A stretch of 64,000 nt of DNA from an uncultured Leptospira sp. (GCA_964509195.1 CAZDWJ010000002.1:74922-138921), one strand, 5' to 3'. Positions 1 through 9,418 are shown, numbered from the stretch's first letter. Program-made: numbers and translations. Notes: generated from the sequence alone by a model not told the origin.

Positions 1-1
1 A

Positions 2-889
2 TTGCAAAGAGTGATGAAAAAAACAGGATATGATGCAATAGTTACTGAAGAAGATGTACTGGTTGCCGATACATCCGATTGCATGATTATTCATAATAGT
101 AAAGCCCATCATTTTAAGCGATTTGAAATCCCAAAAATTATGGCAGAATGCGATGTAATTATTAACCTGCCAAAATTTAAAACTCACGCATTAACGCATA
201 TAACATGTGCGGTAAAGAATTTATTTGGTACTATTCATGGACTGAAAAAATCTCAATGGCATATCAAAGCAAAAACTAAAGATGATTTTGCCCAGATGCT
301 CTTAGATTTATATGAAGCATATATTACCGATGCGGCACTTCCCAAAACTATTGTGCATATTGTTGATGCTATCACAATTATGGAGGGCAATGGCCCTGGG
401 CCATCGGGTACACCGGCATTTATGGGTATAATTGGTGCATCTTATAATGCTATTGCTGTTGACTATGCATTATCGACTATGTCAGGATTTACTATGAAGG
501 ATATACCTACGATAACAATGGGACTACAGCGAGGCTTATGTTGTAATCCTGACAATCTTGATATTATAGTGGATAAAGGAATATCGCAAAGCAGGAAATA
601 TTCGCCCCCAGGGGAATCAGGTTCAGCAAAAATACTTGCAATACCACTAATCAATACATTATTAAAGAATATAATGATAGCAAAACCAGTACCTGACCCT
701 GAAACGTGTAGTCTCTGTTATCAATGTAAACAAATTTGTCCTGTAAAAGCTATTAGCAACGCAAAGAATAATCTAAAAGTTCCAGACTATAATTATTCTA
801 AATGTATACGTTGTTACTGTTGTATGGAAATATGTCCTGAATCAGCCATATCATTATCAAGACCTTTGCTTCAACGAATACTAAAGTAA
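2..889 (+). CDS. DUF362-family protein fused to a C-terminal 2x[4Fe-4S] ferredoxin domain (5' end cut by window edge)
   Basis: Motifs IINLPKFKTHALTHITCAVKNLFG and GNGPGPSGTP resemble DUF362 and the paralog at 19651. C-terminus has CSLCYQCKQICP and CIRCYCCMEICP, i.e. two Cx2Cx2Cx3CP ferredoxin motifs. ORF runs off the window start. Confidence 0.6.
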   Translation: MQRVMKKTGYDAIVTEEDVLVADTSDCMIIHNSKAHHFKRFEIPKIMAECDVIINLPKFKTHALTHITCAVKNLFGTIHGLKKSQWHIKAKTKDDFAQMLLDLYEAYITDAALPKTIVHIVDAITIMEGNGPGPSGTPAFMGIIGASYNAIAVDYALSTMSGFTMKDIPTITMGLQRGLCCNPDNLDIIVDKGISQSRKYSPPGESGSAKILAIPLINTLLKNIMIAKPVPDPETCSLCYQCKQICPVKAISNAKNNLKVPDYNYSKCIRCYCCMEICPESAISLSRPLLQRILK

Positions 890-898
890 GAGGCAAAT

Positions 899-1285
899 AT
901 GAAGAAAAGTAATTCTATACGTAAAATTATTATTATTGAAATCGTTGTTTTTCTGCTAATAGTATTATTTATATGGGCTGAAGAGGTATTTGATTTACCT
1001 CATCTGCTTATGAATGCAGAACCAACGCCTGTAAATTATGAAGAAAGCCTGATGGAAACATTCATTTTTACAGTGATATTTGGCTTTCTACTATATCATA
1101 CGATGAGAATATTACTTAAGCTAAGAAGTTTGGAATCATATGTGAGGATATGTGCAGGATGTCATAAAATATATATAGATGGGAATTGGATATCTCTTGA
1201 AGAGTATTTTAATCAATATGGAAATAAAAAAACATCGCATGGTTTATGCGATGATTGCAGAAAATGGTATATAAAAACAATGTAG
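899..1285 (+). CDS. small membrane protein with two predicted TM helices and a C-terminal CxxC...CxxC zinc-ribbon
   Basis: 128 aa. Hydrophobic stretches IIIIEIVVFLLIVLFIW and FIFTVIFGFLLY. CAGCHK...CDDCRK pair of CxxC. RBS-like aagagg 7 nt upstream; 10 bp after the DUF362 gene. Confidence 0.45.
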   Translation: MKKSNSIRKIIIIEIVVFLLIVLFIWAEEVFDLPHLLMNAEPTPVNYEESLMETFIFTVIFGFLLYHTMRILLKLRSLESYVRICAGCHKIYIDGNWISLEEYFNQYGNKKTSHGLCDDCRKWYIKTM

Positions 1286-1356
1286 CGGAGGAGGGACTCG
1301 AACCCCCCACACCACGGATATGAGCCGTGTGCTCTAACCAACTGAGCTACTCCGCC
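1284..1356 (-). tRNA. tRNA-Met (anticodon CAT; elongator Met or lysidine-type Ile2)
   Basis: Reverse complement reads GGCGGAGTAGCTCAGTTGGTTAGAGCACACGGCTCATATCCGTGG...GGTTCGAGTCCCTCCTCCGC. D-stem GCTC/GAGC, anticodon stem CACGG/CCGTG with loop CTCATAT, T-loop TTCGAGT. Confidence 0.8.
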
Positions 1357-1357
1357 T

Positions 1358-1433
<76 letters not shown>

Positions 1434-1452
1434 ATCAAATTAACGAGTTGAC

Positions 1453-1481
1453 AATCTATTTATAATATACATTGTAGTCAA
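1453..1481 (-). promoter_or_regulatory. putative sigma70-type promoter for the tRNA-fMet/tRNA-Met pair
   Basis: On the minus strand TTGACT, a 17-nt spacer, then TAGATT, about 20 nt upstream of the tRNA-fMet 5' end. Confidence 0.3.
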
Positions 1482-1717
1482 TCATTTTTCAAAATCTTTA
1501 TGATTCATAGTATTCATTTTGGCAAAAAAATTCCACCAACTAAAGTACTATAAACAACAATTTTTATTGGGATAATATAATAAATGATATATTTGTATAT
1601 AATAATATAATACATTTAACCTCATCAAGTAATGTGGATATACATCTTAAATGATAAAAATATGAGAATGGTAAATATAAAATTTTTTTTAAAAATTTTT
1701 TAATTTTATAAATATTA

Positions 1718-1745
1718 TTGTTGAAATTTTGTAAAGTGATATAAT
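1718..1745 (+). promoter_or_regulatory. putative promoter with extended -10 (TGaTATAAT) for the polyamine operon
   Basis: gtgaTATAAT at 1737-1745 matches an extended -10 element. Weak -35 TTGttg lies 16 nt upstream. It sits about 195 nt upstream of the speH ATG. Confidence 0.35.
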
Positions 1746-1790
1746 ACTGTCAATGTTCTCTTTGAGCAGAGGGGGTGATATTATTTAAGG

Positions 1791-1820
1791 GCTAAAACCA
1801 ATTAATGGTTTTAGCATTTT
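1791..1820 (+). promoter_or_regulatory. perfect 10-bp hairpin plus U-tract in the speH leader (candidate attenuator or terminator)
   Basis: gctaaaacca-attaa-tggttttagc followed by atttt, located between the putative promoter and the speH start codon. Confidence 0.3.
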
Positions 1821-1940
1821 GATTATGTAAGAGCGCAAAAAAACCCAAAGGAATTACAATCCCCAGGGTGGCGAATTTAAGTTAACCTTAAAAACCATAC
1901 TTAATGCATACACTCACCGTAGTGTAGGTGATTTTATAAA

Positions 1941-2363
1941 ATGAGGTGGTTGCCCATGGAGGGTTTAGGTACACACATTATTGCGGAACTCTTCAACTGC
2001 AACGAGTTTCACATTAACAATTTGAAAAAGGTTGAGGAGGTGTTAACGGCCGCAGCCGAACTCTCTAAAGCCACTATCATCCAACCATTCTTTCACAAAT
2101 TTTCTCCATACGGTATTAGCGGAGTAATCGTCATAGCCGAGTCGCATATCACCATCCACACATGGCCGGAATATGGGTATGCTGCGGTTGACGTCTTCAC
2201 CTGCGGAGATCACAATTACAGAGTAGCTATCGACTATATCACTGAACAGCTGGAAGCAGAGCGGTGCGTTCTGTATGAGATGCGAAGAGGTGTGCTGAGC
2301 GATAGCAAGATTAAAAATGTGCCAGTAATTCGGGAGGTGGAAAATGTTAACTACATTGACTAA
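1941..2363 (+). CDS. speH: S-adenosylmethionine decarboxylase proenzyme, class 1b (SpeH-type)
   Basis: GTHIIAELFNC...GVIVIAESHITIHTWPEYGYAAVDVFTCGD matches the small pyruvoyl-dependent AdoMetDC, with the ES|H self-cleavage site present. Confidence 0.85.
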   Translation: MRWLPMEGLGTHIIAELFNCNEFHINNLKKVEEVLTAAAELSKATIIQPFFHKFSPYGISGVIVIAESHITIHTWPEYGYAAVDVFTCGDHNYRVAIDYITEQLEAERCVLYEMRRGVLSDSKIKNVPVIREVENVNYID

Positions 2364-2760
2364 CGACATACTTAAAACAATTCCGACCATTGACCAGTTT
2401 GAAAAATTGGGTGCATGGGGATTATATTGCAGTGTTGATATTCATAACTGTGATCCGGATATTATCCGTGATGCAGAGATGATACGACAGTATGCGATTC
2501 AGTTATGCGACCTCATTCAAATGAAGCGCTTTGGGGAAACGCAGGTTGTGCATTTTGGTGAGGATGAGCGTGTTGCTGGTTTTTCAATGGTGCAGCTTAT
2601 TGAAACTTCAATGATATCGGGTCACTTTGCTAATCTGACAAATACTGCATACATTGATATATTCAGCTGCAAATATTATGACCCTGAAGTTGCTGCTCAG
2701 TTTTCACTGAGTTATTTCAAGGGCAGCGACTATACTATGAATGTCGCATTGAGAAAGTAA
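2344..2760 (+). CDS. AdoMetDC-like paralog (SpeH fold; canonical ESH serine replaced, ETS)
   Basis: 138 aa. Aligns with speH (GAWGLYCSVDIHNCD...SMVQLIETSMISGHF...IDIFSC). Start overlaps the speH stop by 20 nt. Confidence 0.55.
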   Translation: MLTTLTNDILKTIPTIDQFEKLGAWGLYCSVDIHNCDPDIIRDAEMIRQYAIQLCDLIQMKRFGETQVVHFGEDERVAGFSMVQLIETSMISGHFANLTNTAYIDIFSCKYYDPEVAAQFSLSYFKGSDYTMNVALRK

Positions 2761-2876
2761 TCAGTAATTGGGGGCAGGTTATACACTACCTGTCCCCTAT
2801 AATTATTATAAACCTACCAGCTTATTTTCAAAGCTAAATTTATATTTTTAAATATTATCCATTCAGGAGGTATGAT

Positions 2877-3743
2877 ATGCCCTTTGAATCAAGTGTATGG
2901 ATTGAAGAAATGTATGAAATGGAAAATGGCAGAACTATGAAACTAAAGGTAACCGATAAATTGGCAACCTTTGATTCAAAGTTCCAGCGGATAGAAATAT
3001 ACGATACCAAAGCATTTGGTAGGATGTTAGTACTTGATGGGGTTTTTATGACTACTGAAGTTGATGAAATGGGATATCATGAAATGCTTGCTCACGTCCC
3101 CATGTGTGTGCACCCCAATCCAAAACGTGTTCTTGTTATTGGTGGTGGCGATGGTGGCACATTACGAGAAGTTTTGAAGCACAAAGAAGTTGAAAAGGCA
3201 GATATCTGTGAGATAGATGGTGATGTAATACGTCTTTGCCGTGAATTCATGCCTGCATTATCGTGTTCATTTGATGATCCTCGTGTTACAATATATACCG
3301 AAGATGGTGCAAAGTTTATTGCTGAAAGAAAAAAAGCATATGACATCATCCTTGTAGATTCTTCTGACCCCATTGGACCTGCTGCGGTTTTATTTTCTGA
3401 GGAATTTTATAAAAATTTAAGTGAATGCCTGGATGATGATGGAATTGCATCAACACAGTCTGAATCGCTATTTTATCATCCAGGTGTTATAGTGACGCTG
3501 GCACAGTACAACAAAAAGTATTTCAAAGTACCCTCGTATTATTTTACCATGGTGCCTACCTACCCAAGTGGAATGATTGGTTTTTCTTTCTGTTCTAAGA
3601 AATATCACCCTATAATTGATTTGAAAGAAGAAAAGGCAAAAACACTGGTACCACAACTACGATATTATAATCCTGATATTCATAAGGGTGCATTTGCGTT
3701 ACCACAATTTATACGGAAAAAATTAGAGGGTATTCTGTATTAG
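2877..3743 (+). CDS. speE: spermidine synthase (aminopropyltransferase)
   Basis: Motifs VLVIGGGDGGTLREVLKH, VDSSDPIGPA and the overall SpeE pattern. RBS aggagg 8 nt upstream. Confidence 0.9.
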   Translation: MPFESSVWIEEMYEMENGRTMKLKVTDKLATFDSKFQRIEIYDTKAFGRMLVLDGVFMTTEVDEMGYHEMLAHVPMCVHPNPKRVLVIGGGDGGTLREVLKHKEVEKADICEIDGDVIRLCREFMPALSCSFDDPRVTIYTEDGAKFIAERKKAYDIILVDSSDPIGPAAVLFSEEFYKNLSECLDDDGIASTQSESLFYHPGVIVTLAQYNKKYFKVPSYYFTMVPTYPSGMIGFSFCSKKYHPIIDLKEEKAKTLVPQLRYYNPDIHKGAFALPQFIRKKLEGILY

Positions 3744-3749
3744 TATCAA

Positions 3750-5336
3750 ATGGATACCATTGATTGGATCATTATTGTTTTATACACCATATGTGTCGTT
3801 GGGATTGGGTATGTAATTGGAAAAAGACAAAAAAATCAGACTGACTATTATATAGCTTCAAAAAAAGCATCTGCCTGGTTAACAGGGGCGTCACTAGCAG
3901 CCAATCAGGTAAGTGCAATAAGCCTGATTGGAGTACCTGCCTTTATAGCTGCAAAACATAACGGTGGGCTAACCTGGTTACAATATGAGTTGGCCCTTCC
4001 GTTATCAATGATAGTTCTTATCCTTATTGTTATTCCTGCATTCACCACATATCAGGGTTTTTCCATATTTGAATGGCTGGATGAGCGCTTTGGTGTGCAC
4101 ACGCGTGTAGTATTAGCAATAGCGTTTTTACTAAGCCGCTCACTGGCTACAGGAGTTGCAATTGTTGCAACATCATATGTTGTTAGTGTGCTGATTGGTC
4201 TTGATATATATGTTTCCATCATTAGTATCTCATTTGTATCACTTATATACACAACTATTGGGGGAATTCTGGCTGATATTTACACCGATGTTATGCAACT
4301 GTTTGTATTGCTTTTCAGCACCATCTTGTTTTGTGCTGTAATCATTTATGTAATAAATGGGCATACTACGTTTGTTATTGATTATCAACGTCTAAAGATA
4401 TTTAATGTTACTTCATTTGGAATAATGGATGGCAATACATTTACGCTGGCTCCAATGTTATGTGGTGGCTTATTTTTGTATATTTCATACTATGGGTTTG
4501 ATCAAAGCCAGGCACAGCGTTTTCTTTCATGTGAAAGTATCAATGCTGCACAAAATGCAGCGATAATTAACACTGTATTGCGGTTTATTGTTGTATCAAT
4601 ATATTCTTTTTTGGGAGTTTTGTTGTTATTACTTTTGTCATTTGATAGTATGTTACAAAGAATAGTGTCAAACCAGCCACCTGACATGTTAGTTCCTGCA
4701 TTTATCAAATACTATATCCCTGCCGGATTAAAGGGAGTGGTAGTATCCGGAATTCTGGCTGCATCAATGTCAAGCATGGATTCTGCAATAAATTCATTAA
4801 GTGCAATAACCTATAGTGATGCAATAAAAATGGTGTTTCCAAAAGTTGAGTATAAAAGTGATAAAATGAAATTATTGCTATCACGACTGTTAACTATTTT
4901 TTGGGGTGTCATAACGACAATATGTGCAATCATTTTTGCTGGAAGCAGTGAAACTGTTGTGGAACTGGTTAATAAAATTGGCTCACTGCTTTATGGGCCT
5001 ATTTGTGCAGTGTTTATTATAGGAATGATAACTAAGAAAAAGATTCATCAAATTGCAATTATCGGGGGGGTTGTAACAGGGAATATTGTTAATGTATTTA
5101 TATGGCAGTTTTTACCATCTGTGTCCTGGATGTGGTGGAATGCTACAGGTTTTTTTAGTGCTATCCTTTTGCCTTATATTTATTCTATCGTTACAAAATC
5201 AAGTTATATAGATAATAGTAACTATCAAATAACAATTGTTTCAAAAAGTGTATGGTATAAGGCGATAGCTCTTGGTATGTGGTTTATAGCAATTATCGGG
5301 CTTTTTAAAATAATTGAAGTAGTTTTTATGCAATAA
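3750..5336 (+). CDS. sodium:solute symporter (SSS family) membrane transporter
   Basis: 528 aa, about 13 hydrophobic segments, SSS-like GxxxxxYYxASKK and AANQVSAISLIG motifs. Starts 7 nt after the speE stop. Confidence 0.7.
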   Translation: MDTIDWIIIVLYTICVVGIGYVIGKRQKNQTDYYIASKKASAWLTGASLAANQVSAISLIGVPAFIAAKHNGGLTWLQYELALPLSMIVLILIVIPAFTTYQGFSIFEWLDERFGVHTRVVLAIAFLLSRSLATGVAIVATSYVVSVLIGLDIYVSIISISFVSLIYTTIGGILADIYTDVMQLFVLLFSTILFCAVIIYVINGHTTFVIDYQRLKIFNVTSFGIMDGNTFTLAPMLCGGLFLYISYYGFDQSQAQRFLSCESINAAQNAAIINTVLRFIVVSIYSFLGVLLLLLLSFDSMLQRIVSNQPPDMLVPAFIKYYIPAGLKGVVVSGILAASMSSMDSAINSLSAITYSDAIKMVFPKVEYKSDKMKLLLSRLLTIFWGVITTICAIIFAGSSETVVELVNKIGSLLYGPICAVFIIGMITKKKIHQIAIIGGVVTGNIVNVFIWQFLPSVSWMWWNATGFFSAILLPYIYSIVTKSSYIDNSNYQITIVSKSVWYKAIALGMWFIAIIGLFKIIEVVFMQ

Positions 5337-5796
5337 ATTTACTTCCAGATTGTTTTTACATAATACACACATAGGTTTCCATTAAAATCATAGTAAAATA
5401 TCCCGGTCATCTATCCCTACAGGTTCTTATGGATTTTTATAATCTTTTATTGAATTTTTCAAAGATCGTAGAATATTATCAGTATGTTCTTAATACCGGG
5501 TAATTTTTAAAACTGGTTTTCCTCTACCGGTTATTATGACATCGTCACCACTTTTTTCAATATCTCGCAGTATTTTAAGTAGATTTGGTTTTATTTTGAT
5601 TTTGATATGAATTTGATAGTAAATATCCTTATGAATTAAGTGACTATATTTTATGACTATGGTTTTATGGATATATCAATTAAAATTGAATATATGTTTT
5701 GAAATAATCAAAATATCGCTATAAATTATTTTTAAGAATATTGGAAAACTTTATATATAGGGGAAAGTGCTTTTTTTATAGATTTACTACGAGAGG

Positions 5797-6510
5797 TTAT
5801 ATATTGACAGTATTCACAATTAGCATTGCTTTGTCTTCCTGGTTAGGTTCAACTCTGTAAAGTATACCTTGAGGAGAAGCTATGAGGCTTCGTGCTTGCA
5901 AAAAGTTTTTATAATCGGATTTAACGCCGCAAACTTTGACAAGAATTGCATCAGCTAATTGTGCCCCGCGAACAAAAATATCATTATCACGCTTAAATTT
6001 TTCTTCTACAGTTTCATTGCGCATAAGTGAAAATGTGGGTATAAAAATAATCTGTGCGCCTAATTTTTTTAGTGCTGTAAAATTTTCATCTTTAAACACG
6101 TCCGCGCAAATCAATACACTGAAACGTATGCCATACGCTGTAAAAATAACGTGGTTATTACCTGGTGTTATTTTACCTTCTTCGGCAAAGAAGAGATTTT
6201 GTTTGCGGTAAAAACCAAGCATATTCCCATCTTTAAAAACAAAAGTGGTATTGTGCAATTTATTGCCATTGAGTTCAGGCATTGTGCCACCTATCACTAC
6301 AGTTTCAAGCTCTCGCGATAGTGTCTTCATTCGCTTCAGTTGAAGTACTTGATTATGGGGAGTTTGTACATGGTTTCCTAATTTTTTATTTACAAAAAAA
6401 TATTCAGGGAAGCATATAAAATGAGGCTTTATGCTACGGAGTTTGTTGACTGTGTCATGTGTTAAAAAAGTTCCCAGAGGGTACTGATACATAACAATTG
6501 TAAAATCCAT
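5797..6510 (-). CDS. carbon-nitrogen hydrolase (nitrilase superfamily) protein
   Basis: CFPEYFF (Glu), FYRKQNL (Lys) and LICADVF (Cys) form the E-K-C triad of the CN-hydrolase fold. Confidence 0.8.
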   Translation of the reverse strand: MDFTIVMYQYPLGTFLTHDTVNKLRSIKPHFICFPEYFFVNKKLGNHVQTPHNQVLQLKRMKTLSRELETVVIGGTMPELNGNKLHNTTFVFKDGNMLGFYRKQNLFFAEEGKITPGNNHVIFTAYGIRFSVLICADVFKDENFTALKKLGAQIIFIPTFSLMRNETVEEKFKRDNDIFVRGAQLADAILVKVCGVKSDYKNFLQARSLIASPQGILYRVEPNQEDKAMLIVNTVNI

Positions 6511-6658
6511 ACAAAGGCCTTTTAAAATATAAGTATTTAAATTAAGCTAATTAACAGTAACTATCGCATAAATAATATATCATTATTTTTTTATTTTTCG
6601 TTTTATATTTTGTGCGATAGTTCATAGTAAAAAACTCTTTGATATTATGATTAAAATC

Positions 6659-6687
6659 TTGACTTGAAATAGATTTGTGTATACTAT
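6659..6687 (+). promoter_or_regulatory. putative promoter of the glucan phosphorylase gene
   Basis: TTGACT with TATACT 15-17 nt downstream, about 35 nt upstream of the ATG at 6720. Confidence 0.3.
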
Positions 6688-6719
6688 ACAAAAAAAAATT
6701 TTTCAATAAGCGAGGAACT

Positions 6720-9242
6720 ATGAGTACAATACAAACTTTCAGAGTATATCCATACCTGCCAGATAATCTTAAGCCTTTAAAAACGATTGCATATAATCTG
6801 TGGTGGGTATGGAACTTTGAAGCCATTGAGTTGTTCCGCCGCCTTAATGTTGAATTATGGCGCGATTCAAATCACAATCCTGTTGCCCTTCTGGGAATGC
6901 TATCGCAATCTGAGCTTGATGAGGCAGCTGATTCAGAAAGTTTTATGGCGCACCTGAAACGGGTTTCTGAAGAACTGGAATGGCACCTTACAAAAAAATC
7001 CTGGTTTGAGGAAGCATACCCCACATATAAAGATATGCAAATTGCCTATTTCAGTGCAGAGTTTGGTATTCATGAATGTTTGCCAATATATTCCGGTGGT
7101 TTGGGTGTTTTGGCAGGAGATCATATAAAGTCAGCAAGTGAATTAGGATTACCGTTTTTTGCCGTTGGGCTTTTATACCGGTTGGGATACTTTCATCAGT
7201 ATCTGAATATTGATGGCTGGCAACAGGAGCGGTATCCAGAAACGGATTTTCACAATCTTCCTCTGCAGCTTGTCATGAAGGATGATAAGCCACTTATTAT
7301 TGATGTTGAGTTTCCTGGTAGAAATGTATATGCGCAGGTATGGGAGTGTATTATTGGTAGGATACGATTGTATTTACTTGATACCAACATAAACGAAAAT
7401 AGCATTGAGGATCGAACAATAACTGACCAGTTGTATGGTGGTGATGTGGAAATGCGTATAAAACAGGAGATGCTTTTGGGAATTGGTGGCTATCGAATGC
7501 TTAAAGCCCTGGGTAAAAATATATCAGTGTACCATATGAATGAAGGGCATTCTGCGTTTTTAAGCATTGAAAGAATATATGATGCAATGGTTACATATAA
7601 AATGAATTACAATGAGGCACTGGAATTTGTAACTGCTGGTACTGTTTTCACTACTCATACACCGGTACCTGCGGGCAATGACAGGTTTTCGCCTGAACTT
7701 ATTGATAAGTATCTATCGCATTATTATCATAAGTTGGGAATATCACGTGAAGAATTTTTAGCACTTGGTAGGGAAAATCCACAGGATAAGCTAGAAACAT
7801 TCTGTATGACAGTGCTGGCTATAAAAACTGCTGCACACTGCAATGGCGTGTCAAAATTGCATGGTTCAGTTTCAAGAAAAATGTGGAGTAATATCTGGCC
7901 GGGGTTACCTGTCAATGAGGTGCCCATTCATCATGTAACCAATGGGGTTCAGATACTATCGTGGACATCAGATGAAATGATGCGTTTGCTAAACCGCTAT
8001 TTAGGACCGCGGTGGATAGATAATCCTGTTGATAAAACTATCTGGAAGAATATTGACACTATACCTGATTCTGAGTTATGGCGATGTCGTGAGCGTTTAC
8101 GAGAGCGGGTAGTGGCCTTTGCACGAAAAAAATTAAGAGAGCAGCTTATTGCCCGTGGAGCCCCACGTGCCGAAGTTGAAAAAGCTGATTCAGTGCTTGA
8201 TTCAGAAGCACTAACGATAGGTTTTGCACGCCGTTTTGCTACCTACAAGCGTGCAACACTGATTTTAAAAGATATACAGCGCTTTGAGCGCATACTTCTT
8301 AATAAAGAAAAGCCTGTACAGATAATCTTTGCTGGCAAAGCTCATCCACGTGACAACATGGGCAAGGAATTGATTAAACGAGTTATTCATTTAGGTAGAG
8401 ATGACAGGTTCAGAAGTAAAATTGTGTTTCTTGAGGATTATGACATTGATGTGTGGCTCAATACGCCTATACGGCCACAGGAAGCATCAGGTACAAGCGG
8501 CATGAAAGTTGTACCAAATGGAGCACTCAATATAAGCGTTCTTGATGGATGGTGGCCTGAAGCGTTCAATGGCAATAATGGATGGGCAATAGGTAAAGGC
8601 GAAGAATATCAGGATCCAGAATATCAGGATGAAGTGGAAAGCCTTTCACTGTATAATATTCTGGAACAAGAAGTAATACCGCTTTTTTACACACGAGGTG
8701 CCGATGGAATACCACGTGAGTGGGTCCGCAGGATTAAAGAATCTATGAAGACAATTTTGCCACAATTCAATACCAACAGGATGGTAAAAGAGTATACTGA
8801 GATGTATTACCTTACTGCGTATGATAGTTATCTAAAATTCAGCAAGGATAATTTTAAGGCTTCGCGTGATCTGGCAAAATGGAAACAGCATATACGGCAG
8901 AAGTGGATGCAGGTTACTGTTGAGTCGATTACTCACGAAAGTAAAAAAGAAATAATAGTTGGCTCTCAGCTAAAAGCTAAAGCTGTTGTTAACTTAGGCG
9001 AACTAAAGCCAGCTGATGTGCAGGTTGAATTGTATTTTGGCAACCTTAATCAGAAAGGCGAGATAGAAGAAGGAGCAGCACTCCCGATGCTCATGGTTGA
9101 GGAATTAGGTGGGGGAAGATACACATACGAGGGCAGGATGTTGTGTCTTAAATCAGGTCAGTTTGGATTTACAGTAAGAGTCATCCCGCTACATGCTGAT
9201 ATGCCACGAAAATATGAATCAGGGCTCATTACCTGGGCATAA
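6720..9242 (+). CDS. glgP: alpha-glucan/maltodextrin phosphorylase (GT35, archaeal or Thermotoga-type long form)
   Basis: 840 aa. Typical GT35 EAGFGIHE-like, GGLGVLAGDHIKSASELG and TNGV motifs. Likely start is the ATG at 6720 with RBS gaggaa; the ORF-track start at 6675 is probably upstream read-through. Confidence 0.85.
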   Translation: MSTIQTFRVYPYLPDNLKPLKTIAYNLWWVWNFEAIELFRRLNVELWRDSNHNPVALLGMLSQSELDEAADSESFMAHLKRVSEELEWHLTKKSWFEEAYPTYKDMQIAYFSAEFGIHECLPIYSGGLGVLAGDHIKSASELGLPFFAVGLLYRLGYFHQYLNIDGWQQERYPETDFHNLPLQLVMKDDKPLIIDVEFPGRNVYAQVWECIIGRIRLYLLDTNINENSIEDRTITDQLYGGDVEMRIKQEMLLGIGGYRMLKALGKNISVYHMNEGHSAFLSIERIYDAMVTYKMNYNEALEFVTAGTVFTTHTPVPAGNDRFSPELIDKYLSHYYHKLGISREEFLALGRENPQDKLETFCMTVLAIKTAAHCNGVSKLHGSVSRKMWSNIWPGLPVNEVPIHHVTNGVQILSWTSDEMMRLLNRYLGPRWIDNPVDKTIWKNIDTIPDSELWRCRERLRERVVAFARKKLREQLIARGAPRAEVEKADSVLDSEALTIGFARRFATYKRATLILKDIQRFERILLNKEKPVQIIFAGKAHPRDNMGKELIKRVIHLGRDDRFRSKIVFLEDYDIDVWLNTPIRPQEASGTSGMKVVPNGALNISVLDGWWPEAFNGNNGWAIGKGEEYQDPEYQDEVESLSLYNILEQEVIPLFYTRGADGIPREWVRRIKESMKTILPQFNTNRMVKEYTEMYYLTAYDSYLKFSKDNFKASRDLAKWKQHIRQKWMQVTVESITHESKKEIIVGSQLKAKAVVNLGELKPADVQVELYFGNLNQKGEIEEGAALPMLMVEELGGGRYTYEGRMLCLKSGQFGFTVRVIPLHADMPRKYESGLITWA

Positions 9243-9259
9243 AATGAAAAAAATGAAAT

Positions 9260-9409
9260 GGGACTGCCCCCAAAGTGGTCGTTGAGTAAATTTCGCAAAC
9301 ATTTTACTGTAAAACGCGCTCATTTCGATACAATTTTACCACATTTTGTGGCAAAATCACTAAATGAGCGCTGCCAAATTTGTATCGAAACGACTTTTGG
9401 GACAGGCCC
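9260..9409. repeat. 150-bp MITE/REP-like element with terminal inverted repeats, copy A
   Basis: About 75% identical to 50406-50556. Ends gggactgccccc...gggacaggccc are inverted. Central hairpin ccaca-tttt-tgtgg. Fills the whole glgP/lepA convergent spacer. Confidence 0.6.
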
Positions 9410-9418
9410 AATTTTATA

